DNA of 39,737 nt from the NCBI GenBank assembly GCA_031371465.1, contig JANMJR010000142.1, positions 1 through 39,737 on the forward strand, given 5' to 3'. Source of the stretch: Pseudomonadota bacterium (GTDB taxonomy: Bacteria; Pseudomonadota; Gammaproteobacteria; Burkholderiales; JALYOK01). Of the stretch, positions 1 to 8,252 are shown piece by piece. Position numbers and translations under genes: made by a program. The first letter of the stretch is position 1; the number at the start of each line of letters is the position of its first letter. Under the pieces are notes generated by a model. That model had not been told where the DNA came from. It saw only the letters and a list, made by a program, of their open reading frames with translations, and made no database searches.

Positions 1-1148
1 GCTTGGCTCGCGACGCGATGCTCTTGTTCCGTCTGCGGTAACGCGCTTTGCTCACGGCTCACGTCTTGTTCGCGCACCGCCAATTGTTCGCCGCCTTGGG
101 TCAGTTGACCTTGCCAATGAACGGTGTCGCGCCCCGCCGCCTCACGTTCCGTCGCCAAGGTTTGCAATTGCTCGCTGACTTGCGCCAGTTGGCTCTCCAG
201 TCGCTTGCGGCTGTCGCGCAAATACTGCAACTGATTTTCCAAGCGCGCCACTTCCGCATTGGCTTCATACAACGAGCCCTGCGCGAGGTTAACGGCGTCG
301 GAGGCGGCATAGTGACCTTGGCGCATTTCTTCGATGCGCGCTTCGGCGGAACGCAAATTCGCCGTTTCTGCCTCGATCTCGGTATTGATTTTTTCGATGT
401 CGCGCAACGCCCGTTCGCGCTGATTACTGGCATCGCGCTTTTTGATCAACCACAACAAATTTTGCGTGTTGCGCAGTTCCGTCTGCAAGCCGTTGTAATG
501 CTTGGCTTGCTCCGCTTGCACCACCAGCCGCTCAATTTGCCCGCCCATTTCCAAGCGAATATCTTCCACGCGCTTTAAGTTGTCACGGGCATCGCCTAGG
601 CGCAATTCGGTTTCGCGGCGGCGTTCTTTATAGCGTGAAATTCCCGCTGCTTCCTCAAGAAACACGCGCAATTCTTCCGGCTTGGATTCGATAATGCGCG
701 AAATCATGCCCTGTTCGATGATGGCGTAGGCGCGCGGGCCGAGGCCCGTTCCCATGAAAATGTCGGTCACGTCGCGACGCCGAACGTGGGTGTTGTTGAT
801 GTAATACGACGAATCGCCGTTACGCTCCAACACGCGCTTAACGGAAATTTCCGCATAGGCGGACCATTGACCCGGCGCGCGGCCAAGGCTGTTGTCGAAC
901 ACCAATTCGACGCTGGCGCGGCTCAGCGCTTGACGATTCGAGGCGCCGTTAAAGATCACGTCCTGCATGGTTTCGCCGCGCAGTTGTTTGGCTTGCGATT
1001 CGCCCAGCACCCAGCGCACGGCGTCGATGATGTTGGACTTACCGCAACCGTTTGGCCCGACCACGCCGACCAATTGGCCCGGCATATGGATATGAGTGGG
1101 TTCCGGAAAGGACTTGAATCCGGCAAGCTTAAGGTGAGTTAGGCGCAA
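1..1148 (-). CDS. smc: Chromosome partition protein SMC, N-terminal part (gene runs off the window start)
   Basis: The minus frame is open to the window edge. A TTG start at 1148 gives MRLTHLKLAGFKSFPEPTHIHMPGQLVGVVGPNGCGKSNIIDAVRWVLGESQAKQLRG, which contains the Walker A motif GPNGCGKS, followed by Q/E/L/R-rich coiled-coil sequence. It is missing from the ORF track because it is truncated. Plus-strand ORFs 48..578 and 786..1142 are its antisense shadows. Confidence 0.88.
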   Translation of the reverse strand, partial: MRLTHLKLAGFKSFPEPTHIHMPGQLVGVVGPNGCGKSNIIDAVRWVLGESQAKQLRGETMQDVIFNGASNRQALSRASVELVFDNSLGRAPGQWSAYAEISVKRVLERNGDSSYYINNTHVRRRDVTDIFMGTGLGPRAYAIIEQGMISRIIESKPEELRVFLEEAAGISRYKERRRETELRLGDARDNLKRVEDIRLEMGGQIERLVVQAEQAKHYNGLQTELRNTQNLLWLIKKRDASNQRERALRDIEKINTEIEAETANLRSAEARIEEMRQGHYAASDAVNLAQGSLYEANAEVARLENQLQYLRDSRKRLESQLAQVSEQLQTLATEREAAGRDTVHWQGQLTQGGEQLAVREQDVSREQSALPQTEQEHRVASQ

Positions 1149-1243
1149 GCGATTTAGCAGTTATGATAGCGGTGTTAATAGTTGATCGCGCAGCGATTGT
1201 GCCTGCGTCGATCCCCCGAGCGATTCGCAATTTTACCTCAGAT

Positions 1244-1390
1244 TAGGGAAGCTCTGAATAAGTTCGAGTTCTAAATGAGACAAGGCGCGAACAAAAAATA
1301 TCGATGCAGCATAGGCATGATATGCGAGGAGATATTCTTTGTTCGCAACGCAGTATCATGACGAAATCGGACTTATTCAGAGCTTCCCAA
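1244..1390. mobile_element. MITE-like non-coding element, copy A, with 18-bp perfect terminal inverted repeats GGGAAGCTCTGAATAAGT / ACTTATTCAGAGCTTCCC
   Basis: The terminal inverted repeats lie at 1246-1263 and 1371-1388. An inner inverted repeat pairs GCGAACAAAAAATATC with GATATTCTTTGTTCGC. A second copy lies at 9845-9988 in the opposite orientation. My hand alignment shows about 17 mismatches and no indels over about 147 nt. The element has no credible ORF. Confidence 0.75.
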
Positions 1391-1404
1391 GTTAGGTTGG
1401 AACA

Positions 1405-1824
1405 GTGCCCAGTAAGCCATCAAATCAAATCGAGACGTTCGCCAACCCGGCGCCGCAGCGGGACTATCACGTACATATGGAAATCCCGGAATTTACCTGT
1501 CTGTGCCCAATAACCGGACAACCGGATTTTGCGGCGCTGTATTTGGATTTCATCCCGGATAAAAAAAACATCGAGTTGAAGAGCTTGAAACTTTATATCT
1601 GGTCGTACCGCGATCAAGGTGCGTTTCACGAGGCGGTCACCAATAAAATCGTCGATGACTTGGTGAAAGCAATGCAGCCGCGCTTCTTGCGCTTAACGGC
1701 GAAGTTTTACGTGCGTGGCGGGATCTTTACCAATGTCGTCGCGGAGCATCGTAAAAAAGGTTGGGAAGCCGCACCCAGAGTGGATCTAAGCCAATTTGAC
1801 GGTCAATCAAACGTGCGCGGTTAG
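1405..1824 (+). CDS. queF: NADPH-dependent 7-cyano-7-deazaguanine (preQ0) reductase, short unimodular type
   Basis: The GTG start gives [43 protein letters not shown]...[25 protein letters not shown]. This contains the QueF catalytic Cys motif (E-F-T-C-L-C-P-x-T-G-Q-P-D-F) and the characteristic SFR..G.FHE motif. Confidence 0.92.
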   Translation: MPSKPSNQIETFANPAPQRDYHVHMEIPEFTCLCPITGQPDFAALYLDFIPDKKNIELKSLKLYIWSYRDQGAFHEAVTNKIVDDLVKAMQPRFLRLTAKFYVRGGIFTNVVAEHRKKGWEAAPRVDLSQFDGQSNVRG

Positions 1825-2708
1825 TGTAATTTGCGAGCAGGAAGCGCGGAAAACAATGTCGCGGCGACAATAAGTATTCCGCCGATCCATTCGCGCATCG
1901 ATAGACTTTCTCCGGCTAACCAGTGGGATGAAATCGCGCCGACCAGCAGCTCGAACAACATGATGACGATGGCGCGAATGGCGGGAATGCGCGCAACGGC
2001 GTAAAACACCATAAGGCTGCTGCCGAAGAGCGCGGTTCCGATACCCAACAGTAACCACACGCTCGCCGCGCCGCGCGCTTGCACAAGACTGGCGAGGCTG
2101 CCGGCGACAACCATCGAGATCGCCGTGATCAGTAGCACGCCCAGGCAACTGGCAATCGTCTTCACGCCGATGCCACAGTCTCCCAGACGGCGTGCCAACA
2201 CATTATTCAGAGCAAAGGCAAAACCAGCCGACAGCCCGTACCAGTCTGCCCGATCGCGCGGGAACGGCCAGCCGGCATCCGGCCGCCACAACATGGTTGC
2301 GGCGCCGATCAATGCGACCAATACGACTAGGTAACTCGATGGCGACGGACGTTCATTGAGCAGCCAGCGCGCCAGGGGTACCGTCCATACCGGCGCAAGA
2401 TAGAACAACAACAGCACGCGCATGACTTCGCCTTCCAGCGTTCCCATGACATAGGCGACGTTGGCCCAGCCCGAAGCCAGCGCTAGCGCAGCGAGCACAG
2501 CGGGCGCATGGGAAAATTCGCGCCATGATTTCCTAAAAAATATCGCCGCAAGTGCAAGCGTCGTTAGATAGGTCAAAAACGTTGCCGGTATGCCCAGCAA
2601 TCCCTGCCCGTTGAGCACGCGATACGGGTACCAGATCGTTCCCCATATCACTGTGCCAAGGAGCAGCGCCAGCGTGGGCGGAAAATATTTGTTTGGTTGA
2701 TCCGGCAT
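1821..2708 (-). CDS. EamA/DMT-family (drug/metabolite transporter) inner-membrane permease
   Basis: The protein is about 10 TM segments and hydrophobic throughout, with two EamA-like halves. I prefer the start [23 protein letters not shown] at 2708 over the track start at 2765, which would overlap the dapC leader. Its stop codon overlaps the queF stop (TTAG). Confidence 0.72.
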   Translation of the reverse strand: MPDQPNKYFPPTLALLLGTVIWGTIWYPYRVLNGQGLLGIPATFLTYLTTLALAAIFFRKSWREFSHAPAVLAALALASGWANVAYVMGTLEGEVMRVLLLFYLAPVWTVPLARWLLNERPSPSSYLVVLVALIGAATMLWRPDAGWPFPRDRADWYGLSAGFAFALNNVLARRLGDCGIGVKTIASCLGVLLITAISMVVAGSLASLVQARGAASVWLLLGIGTALFGSSLMVFYAVARIPAIRAIVIMLFELLVGAISSHWLAGESLSMREWIGGILIVAATLFSALPARKLH

Positions 2709-2818
2709 CGGGAATATAATACGGCCTTGAATTTGGTCGGCGGAACTTGCCGCGCATCTTATCACTCAAAACAACAATCACTGATTGCAACACCGTAGGA
2801 AACATACGGTGCAAAAAC

Positions 2819-4012
2819 ATGAATCCCGATCTCGCCCTTTTACAACCGTATCCATTTGAAAAGCTGCGCGGACTTTTCAAAACGACCACGCCTAACGCCG
2901 CACTCAGCCCGATTTTGTTGTCCATTGGCGAGCCGAAGCACCCGACGCCGCCGTTCATCACCGCGGCGCTGGTGGACAATTTAGGCGGCCTATCGCGCTA
3001 TCCGTTAACGCTCGGCAGCGACTCGCTGCGCGCCACCATCGCCGGTTGGCTGAAACGCCGCTACAGCTTGAACCAACTAGACGGCGCCACGCAGGTTCTG
3101 CCCACGTTGGGTAGCCGCGAAGCGATTTTTGCGCTCGCGCAAACGTTAGTCGATCGCACTCAACCCAATGCGACGGTGATTTGCCCAAATCCGTTTTACC
3201 AAATTTACGAAGGCGCGACGCTACTTTCCGGTGCGCAGCCGTATTTCATTAACACCGTTGCGCAGGATAATTTCCGTTTCGATGCTGCGAGCGTGCCGGA
3301 TGAGGTGTGGGCGCGCACGCAATTGGTCTACGCCTGCTCGCCGTCCAATCCGACGGGCAAGGTCATGTCCCTCGATGAATGGGAACAATTATTCAATCGC
3401 TCGGCGCAAAATGGCTTCACCATCGTATCCGATGAGTGCTATTCAGAAATTTATCTGGATAACGCCAAGCCGCCACTCGGCGCCCTGGAAGCGGCGCAGC
3501 AGTTGGGTCTGAGCGATTACGCGCGCCTGATTGTGATGGGCAGTTTGTCGAAACGCTCCAACGTGCCGGGCATGCGCTCCGGTTATGCCGCCGGTGATGC
3601 GGCGATACTGAAAAAATTCACCCTCTATCGTACTTACCACGGCAGCGCCATGAGTCCAACGGTGCAAGCCGCGAGCGAAGTTGCCTGGAAAGACGAAGCC
3701 CATGTCATCGAAAATCGCCGCTTGTATCGCGAAAAATTTCGCGCGTTTTACGATATCGTAAACCCGGTGTTGCCGCTCGCCTTGCCGGACGCGGCATTTT
3801 ATTTTTGGGCGAAAACGCCGCTTGCCGACACCGAATTCGCACGCCGCTTATATCAAGATCAACATGTCACCGTGCTCGCGGGCAGTTATCTTGGCCGCGA
3901 CGCGCACGGCATCAACCCCGGTGAAAATTATGTGCGAATGGCAATGGTGTCGCCGCTGAATGAATGTATCGATGCCGCGCAGCGCATCGCCGAATTTGTC
4001 AAAACGCTTTAA
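2819..4012 (+). CDS. dapC: Succinyldiaminopimelate transaminase (class I/II aminotransferase), DapC type
   Basis: MNPDLALLQPYPFEKLRGLF is a typical N-terminus for this family. A PLP-lysine region (SLSKRSNVPGMRSGY) is present. The gene lies immediately upstream of dapD, as in betaproteobacterial dapC-dapD clusters. I prefer the internal ATG at 2819 to the track start at 2747. Confidence 0.78.
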   Translation: MNPDLALLQPYPFEKLRGLFKTTTPNAALSPILLSIGEPKHPTPPFITAALVDNLGGLSRYPLTLGSDSLRATIAGWLKRRYSLNQLDGATQVLPTLGSREAIFALAQTLVDRTQPNATVICPNPFYQIYEGATLLSGAQPYFINTVAQDNFRFDAASVPDEVWARTQLVYACSPSNPTGKVMSLDEWEQLFNRSAQNGFTIVSDECYSEIYLDNAKPPLGALEAAQQLGLSDYARLIVMGSLSKRSNVPGMRSGYAAGDAAILKKFTLYRTYHGSAMSPTVQAASEVAWKDEAHVIENRRLYREKFRAFYDIVNPVLPLALPDAAFYFWAKTPLADTEFARRLYQDQHVTVLAGSYLGRDAHGINPGENYVRMAMVSPLNECIDAAQRIAEFVKTL

Positions 4013-4021
4013 GGGAAAATC

Positions 4022-4840
4022 ATGAGTCTGCAGCAAACCATCGACGCTGCGTGGGAGCGGCGCACGGAATTTTCGCCGACATCGGCGCCGGCCGATGTTA
4101 GAAATGCCGTGGCGGAAACGCTGAACAATCTCGACGGCGGCAGCATCCGCGTCGCGGAAAAAATCAACGGCGACTGGGTCACCCATCAGTGGATCAAAAA
4201 GGCCGTGCTGTTGTCGTTTCGTTTGAAAGACAACGACATCATGGACGGCGGCAACACCCACTACTTCGACAAAGTCGATTCGAAATTCGCCAATTACACC
4301 GCGCAGGATTTTCAAAAAGGCGGTTACCGCGTCGTGCCACCGGCGATCGCGCGCAAGGGTTCATTCATCGCGAAAAACGCCGTGCTCATGCCCTCTTACG
4401 TTAACATCGGCGCCTATGTCGACGAGGGCACGATGGTCGACACCTGGGCCACCGTCGGCTCCTGTGCGCAAATCGGCAAGAACGTGCACCTCTCTGGTGG
4501 CGTCGGCATCGGCGGCGTACTGGAGCCGGTGCAAGCCAACCCGACCATCATCGAAGACAACTGCTTCATCGGCGCGCGCTCGGAAGTAGTCGAAGGCGTC
4601 ATCGTCGGCGAAGGCTCGGTGATTTCCATGGGCGTGTATTTGGGCCAGAGCACGAAAATTTACAACCGCGAAAGCGGCGAAGTCAGCTATGGAAAAATCC
4701 CGCCTGGTTCCGTTGTCGTTTCGGGTAACCTGCCGTCGAGCGATGGGAAATATAGTTTGTATTGCGCGGTGATTGTCAAACAAGTTGACGCAAAAACCCG
4801 CGCGAAGACCAGTATTAACGAATTATTGCGCGGCGATTAA
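4022..4840 (+). CDS. dapD: 2,3,4,5-tetrahydropyridine-2,6-dicarboxylate N-succinyltransferase
   Basis: The product is 272 aa and begins [14 protein letters not shown]. It has hexapeptide-repeat left-handed beta-helix sequence ([40 protein letters not shown]). A Shine-Dalgarno sequence AAGGGA lies upstream. Confidence 0.93.
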   Translation: MSLQQTIDAAWERRTEFSPTSAPADVRNAVAETLNNLDGGSIRVAEKINGDWVTHQWIKKAVLLSFRLKDNDIMDGGNTHYFDKVDSKFANYTAQDFQKGGYRVVPPAIARKGSFIAKNAVLMPSYVNIGAYVDEGTMVDTWATVGSCAQIGKNVHLSGGVGIGGVLEPVQANPTIIEDNCFIGARSEVVEGVIVGEGSVISMGVYLGQSTKIYNRESGEVSYGKIPPGSVVVSGNLPSSDGKYSLYCAVIVKQVDAKTRAKTSINELLRGD

Positions 4841-4841
4841 C

Positions 4842-4897
4842 AAGTAGGGTGCTTTCATGCACCAAAACGTTGAACGGTGCATGAATGCACCCTACTT
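4842..4897. repeat. REP-like palindromic unit pair or terminator-like hairpin downstream of dapD
   Basis: AAGTAGGGTGCTTTCATGCACC (4842-4863) and GGTGCATGAATGCACCCTACTT (4876-4897) are reverse complements at 21 of 22 positions. Each arm is itself self-complementary (GGTGCA..TGCACC). No T-tract follows. Confidence 0.6.
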
Positions 4898-4998
4898 ACA
4901 ATATCCTTATCGCGCTTGCTTCCTGGCACAGCGTACCTGGTTCAGTGGCTGGCCTCGGGCCATGAGCCTATCCGGCATGCTGAATTTCTAAAACTGAA

Positions 4999-6477
4999 AT
5001 GAATACCTACGCCTGTTTCGCTGATCGGTTTCTACAAAAACCAACACGCATATTTCTCGAAGCCGATTCCGGCCAAAGTTTTTATTATGCCGACGTCGAC
5101 CGAGCAACCGCTCGCTATGCCAATTTCCTGATAGGGCTCGGACTCAAATCCGGCGATCGCGTCGCCGTTCAAGTAGAAAAATCGCCGCAAGCCGTGTTTC
5201 TTTATCTCGCTTGCTTGCGTGCGGGACTTTGTTATTTGCCGCTTAATAACGCCTATCAGCAAGGCGAGATTCGCTATTTTCTCGGCGATGCCGCACCGGC
5301 CGTTGCGATTTGCTCGCCGCAGAATATTGAGTGGTTTGCGAAACTTTGTGCAGAAGCAAATGTGCCACATACGTTTGCGCTGGACCAAAACGGCGCGGGT
5401 TCGTTCACCGATTCCGCTCGATCCGCGGCTACAAAATTCATCACCGCAACCTCAACACCCGACGACCTCGCCGTCATCATCTACACCTCCGGCACGACCG
5501 GTCGCTCCAAGGGCGCGATGGTTACGCACGGCAACCTAACGTCGAACGCGCAAGTGTTATGCGATGTGTGGAAAATCACATCGGACGACACGCTGATCCA
5601 CGCGCTGCCGATTTTTCATATTCACGGTTTATTCGTCGCGCTGAATACGACTTTGCTAAGCGGCGCGAAATTAATTTTTCAGCGTAAGTTCGACGCGAAT
5701 GCGGTGAGCGCCGCATTGCCGCTCGCGACCATGTTGATGGGCGTGCCGACTTTCTACACGCGCTTGTTGAGCGAGCCCTCGTTCACGCGTGAATCGTGCC
5801 TATCGATGCGGCTTTTCGTCTCCGGCTCCGCGCCATTGTTGCTCGACACGTTTAACGAATTCTGCGAGCGCAGCGGCCACACCATTCTCGAACGTTACGG
5901 CATGTCGGAAGCAGGCATGATTTGCTCCAATCCCGTTGAAGGCGAGCGGCGCGGCGGTACCGTCGGGCCGCCATTGCCGGGCGTAGCGCTGCGCATTGAC
6001 GGCGGCGAAACCGGCGGCATCGAAATCAAAGGCGCAAACGTCTTTTCCGGCTATTGGCGCATGCCGGAAAAAACCCAAGAGGAATTTACCGCCGACGGCT
6101 ATTTCAAAACCGGCGACATTGGCCGCATCGATAAAGACGGCTATGTTTCCATCGTTGGCCGCGCCAAAGACCTCATCATCAGCGGCGGTTTTAATGTCTA
6201 TCCAAAGGAGATTGAGTTGGTAATTGATGCGATGCCGGGTATCGCGGAATCTGCCGTGATCGGTCTACAGCACCCGGATTTTGGCGAAGCCGTCACCGCC
6301 GTGGTTGTGCGCGCCAAAGATAATGCAACGTTGAGCGAAGCCGAGGTTGTAGCCCACGTAAAAACGCAACTGGCCAATTTCAAAGTGCCGAAGCGCGTTC
6401 ATTTTGTCGATGAATTGCCGCGCAACACCATGGGCAAGGTACAGAAGAATATTCTGCGCGAGCGCTTTAGTCGTTAA
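4999..6477 (+). CDS. matB: Malonyl-CoA synthetase-like AMP-forming acyl-CoA ligase (MatB family)
   Basis: GDRVAVQVEKSPQAVFLYLACLRAGLCYLPLNNAY...YFLGDAAP closely resembles MatB N-terminal motifs. The AMP-binding P-loop IIYTSGTTGRSKGAMVTH is present. The C-terminal region contains GYFKTGDIG, DLIISGGFNVYPKEIE and the catalytic-Lys region MGKVQK. Confidence 0.75.
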   Translation: MNTYACFADRFLQKPTRIFLEADSGQSFYYADVDRATARYANFLIGLGLKSGDRVAVQVEKSPQAVFLYLACLRAGLCYLPLNNAYQQGEIRYFLGDAAPAVAICSPQNIEWFAKLCAEANVPHTFALDQNGAGSFTDSARSAATKFITATSTPDDLAVIIYTSGTTGRSKGAMVTHGNLTSNAQVLCDVWKITSDDTLIHALPIFHIHGLFVALNTTLLSGAKLIFQRKFDANAVSAALPLATMLMGVPTFYTRLLSEPSFTRESCLSMRLFVSGSAPLLLDTFNEFCERSGHTILERYGMSEAGMICSNPVEGERRGGTVGPPLPGVALRIDGGETGGIEIKGANVFSGYWRMPEKTQEEFTADGYFKTGDIGRIDKDGYVSIVGRAKDLIISGGFNVYPKEIELVIDAMPGIAESAVIGLQHPDFGEAVTAVVVRAKDNATLSEAEVVAHVKTQLANFKVPKRVHFVDELPRNTMGKVQKNILRERFSR

Positions 6478-6621
6478 GGAAATACCAAACCCCAGAGGAG
6501 AACGCCCTGAACGCCAATCACAGCGCGGCGCTCCAGACATACCTTCCCAAGAATAAAGTAGTACGAGCCTCCCAGGCCGGCATGTTTTTTATTTCTAACG
6601 TCTAGTGCAGTTAATAGCCTT

Positions 6622-6634
6622 GCTTACTGTAAGC
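6622..6634. promoter_or_regulatory. Candidate MarR operator: perfect 6-1-6 palindrome GCTTAC-T-GTAAGC
   Basis: The palindrome lies 20 nt upstream of the marR start codon, in the only intergenic space available for autoregulation of the marR-emrAB-type operon. Confidence 0.3.
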
Positions 6635-6654
6635 TAGACAACTAAAATAACGAC

Positions 6655-7131
6655 ATGATTAAAGAAGACCTGTCGCGCAACTTCGGCTTCATTCTCAACG
6701 ACGTCGCGCGCTTGATGCGCATTACCTTCGATCGGCGCGTGAAGGCGCTCGGTTTAACGCGCTCGCAGTGGTGGGTGCTGAACCATTTGTTTCGCAACAA
6801 CGGCGCGACCCAGTCGGAATTGGCGGACATTCTGGAAATCGAGAAGGCCACGCTCGGCCGCTTGCTCGATCGCATGGAAGCAAAAGGCTGGATTAGGCGT
6901 GAGGAACACGCTACGGATCGACGCGCTAAACGGGTGTTTCTCACCGACGAAGTCGAACCGGCGGTAAAAACCATGCGCGCCGCGGCGGCGGATCTACGCC
7001 GCGATGCGCTCGCCAATTTCGGCGCTGATGATCGCGAGCGGTTTGTCGATATGTTGCTCGCGATCAAAACCAATCTCGCCGGCCTGGAAAACGGCGCCGC
7101 GAAAACGCTTGCGCGCGGACGTGGTCGCTAA
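6655..7131 (+). CDS. MarR-family transcriptional regulator (EmrR-like position)
   Basis: The winged-HTH region LTRSQWWVLNHLFRNNGATQSELADILEIEKATLGRLLDRMEAKGWIRREEHATDRRAKRVFLT matches the MarR signature. It is the first gene of a three-gene efflux operon. Confidence 0.87.
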   Translation: MIKEDLSRNFGFILNDVARLMRITFDRRVKALGLTRSQWWVLNHLFRNNGATQSELADILEIEKATLGRLLDRMEAKGWIRREEHATDRRAKRVFLTDEVEPAVKTMRAAAADLRRDALANFGADDRERFVDMLLAIKTNLAGLENGAAKTLARGRGR

Positions 7132-7133
7132 CC

Positions 7134-8252
7134 ATGGCTGTTCCTCCTTTCCTGTCGCGAATTGTGTTGCTGCTCACCCGGCTGCTATTGCTCGGCGTCG
7201 CGCCGTTGGTCGCAGCCGTATTCGGCTTGCAGTATTACGCGCGCGGCGGGCGTTTTGTCGAAACCGAAGACGCCTACGTCAAAGCCCATATCAGCACCCT
7301 CAGTGCGCCGATTTCGGGACGTGTGGTCGAGGTATTGGCGCGCGACAATCAAGCGGTCGAGGCTGGCGCATTATTGTTTCGCATCAATCCCCAGCCTTAC
7401 GAAATCGCCGTCGAGCGCGCCAAGGCGCGGCTCGATGTGGTGCGCACCGAAGTGGCGTCGCTGCGTGCGGAATATCGAACCACCTTATTGCAAGCGGATG
7501 AGACTCGCGAACGTATTCAATTTCTACAGCGTCAATTGGAACGCCAAACCAAGCTCAAAGAATACGGAATGATTCGTAGCGACGTTTATGATGAAGCGCG
7601 TCTGAACCTCGAAGTGGCGCGGCGTCAAGTTGCGACCACCGCGGAAAGCGCGAACCGCGTCTTGGCCAATCTAAACGGCGACCCGAAACTCCCTGCTGAA
7701 AAACATCCGCGTTTTGCCGAGGCAAAAGCGGCCCTGGACGAAGCGCAGATGGATTTGGAACGCACCCGCATCCTTGCGCCCGCTGCCGGCGTGGTGAGCA
7801 ATATGAAATTGCGCGTGGGCGAGTTTGCCGAACGCGGCGCGCCGCTGTTTAGTTTGATCGAGAGCGGCCAAGCTTGGATTGAAGCGAATTACAAAGAAAC
7901 GCAGTTGGCGCATATGAAGGTCGGACAAGTCGCGACAGTGGTGTCGGACATTTATTCCGACCAAACTTGGCGCGCGACCGTATCCGCCATCGCGCCGGCA
8001 ACCGGCGCTGAGTTCGCCGTGCTGCCGCCGCAAAACGCGACCGGAAATTGGGTCAAAGTGGTTCAGCGAATTCCGGTGATTATTCAGGTCGAACCGGGAA
8101 ATCACACACTGCGCGCCGGAATGACCGTCACTGTCGCCATCGATACGTTGCGTGAACGCGGTTTGCCGCGCAGCGTGAAAAATTTGGTCGACGCCGGTTG
8201 GCTGCCGCAATTTTTGGAACCTAAGTCCGCCCACGCCGGAGCAGAAAAGTGA
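7134..8252 (+). CDS. emrA: HlyD/EmrA-family periplasmic adaptor (membrane fusion protein) of an MFS efflux pump
   Basis: The protein has an N-terminal TM anchor, a biotinyl-lipoyl-like segment (YVKAHISTLSAPISGRVVEV), a long coiled coil, and RILAPAAGVVSN...ATGNWVKVVQRIPV typical of EmrA. The start lies 2 nt after the marR stop, and the gene overlaps emrB by 4 nt. Confidence 0.86.
   Translation: MAVPPFLSRIVLLLTRLLLLGVAPLVAAVFGLQYYARGGRFVETEDAYVKAHISTLSAPISGRVVEVLARDNQAVEAGALLFRINPQPYEIAVERAKARLDVVRTEVASLRAEYRTTLLQADETRERIQFLQRQLERQTKLKEYGMIRSDVYDEARLNLEVARRQVATTAESANRVLANLNGDPKLPAEKHPRFAEAKAALDEAQMDLERTRILAPAAGVVSNMKLRVGEFAERGAPLFSLIESGQAWIEANYKETQLAHMKVGQVATVVSDIYSDQTWRATVSAIAPATGAEFAVLPPQNATGNWVKVVQRIPVIIQVEPGNHTLRAGMTVTVAIDTLRERGLPRSVKNLVDAGWLPQFLEPKSAHAGAEK

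Noticed and set aside
48-1142. Plus-strand ORFs 48..578 (176 aa) and 786..1142 (118 aa), and minus-strand ORF 101..433.
   Set aside because: They lie antisense to or out of frame with the clearly recognisable smc coding frame. Their translations are low-complexity (R/A/L/Q-rich) with no motifs.
1404-1405. A preQ1 riboswitch upstream of queF.
   Set aside because: The upstream region is occupied by the MITE, and no preQ1-I/II-like compact hairpin with an A-rich tail is visible. queF is also not a typical preQ1-riboswitch target.
1304-1513. A 69-aa ORF that starts inside the MITE and runs into queF.
   Set aside because: It begins inside a repeated non-coding element, is out of frame with the well-supported queF, and has no ribosome-binding site.
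2747-2818. N-terminal extensions proposed by the ORF track. Examples are dapC from 2747, EamA from 2765, protease from 15708, PQQ-ADH from 18007, ThDP enzyme from 23412, HAD from 27632 and DUF4124 from 34318.
   Set aside because: In each case an internal start yields the canonical family N-terminus or a proper signal peptide, has a better ribosome-binding site, and removes an implausible overlap with the neighbouring gene.
4924-4940. A sigma-54-like TGGCAC upstream of the matB-like gene.
   Set aside because: The spacing-correct -12 element is missing. TGGCAC-agcgt is followed by ACCTGG rather than TTGCW.
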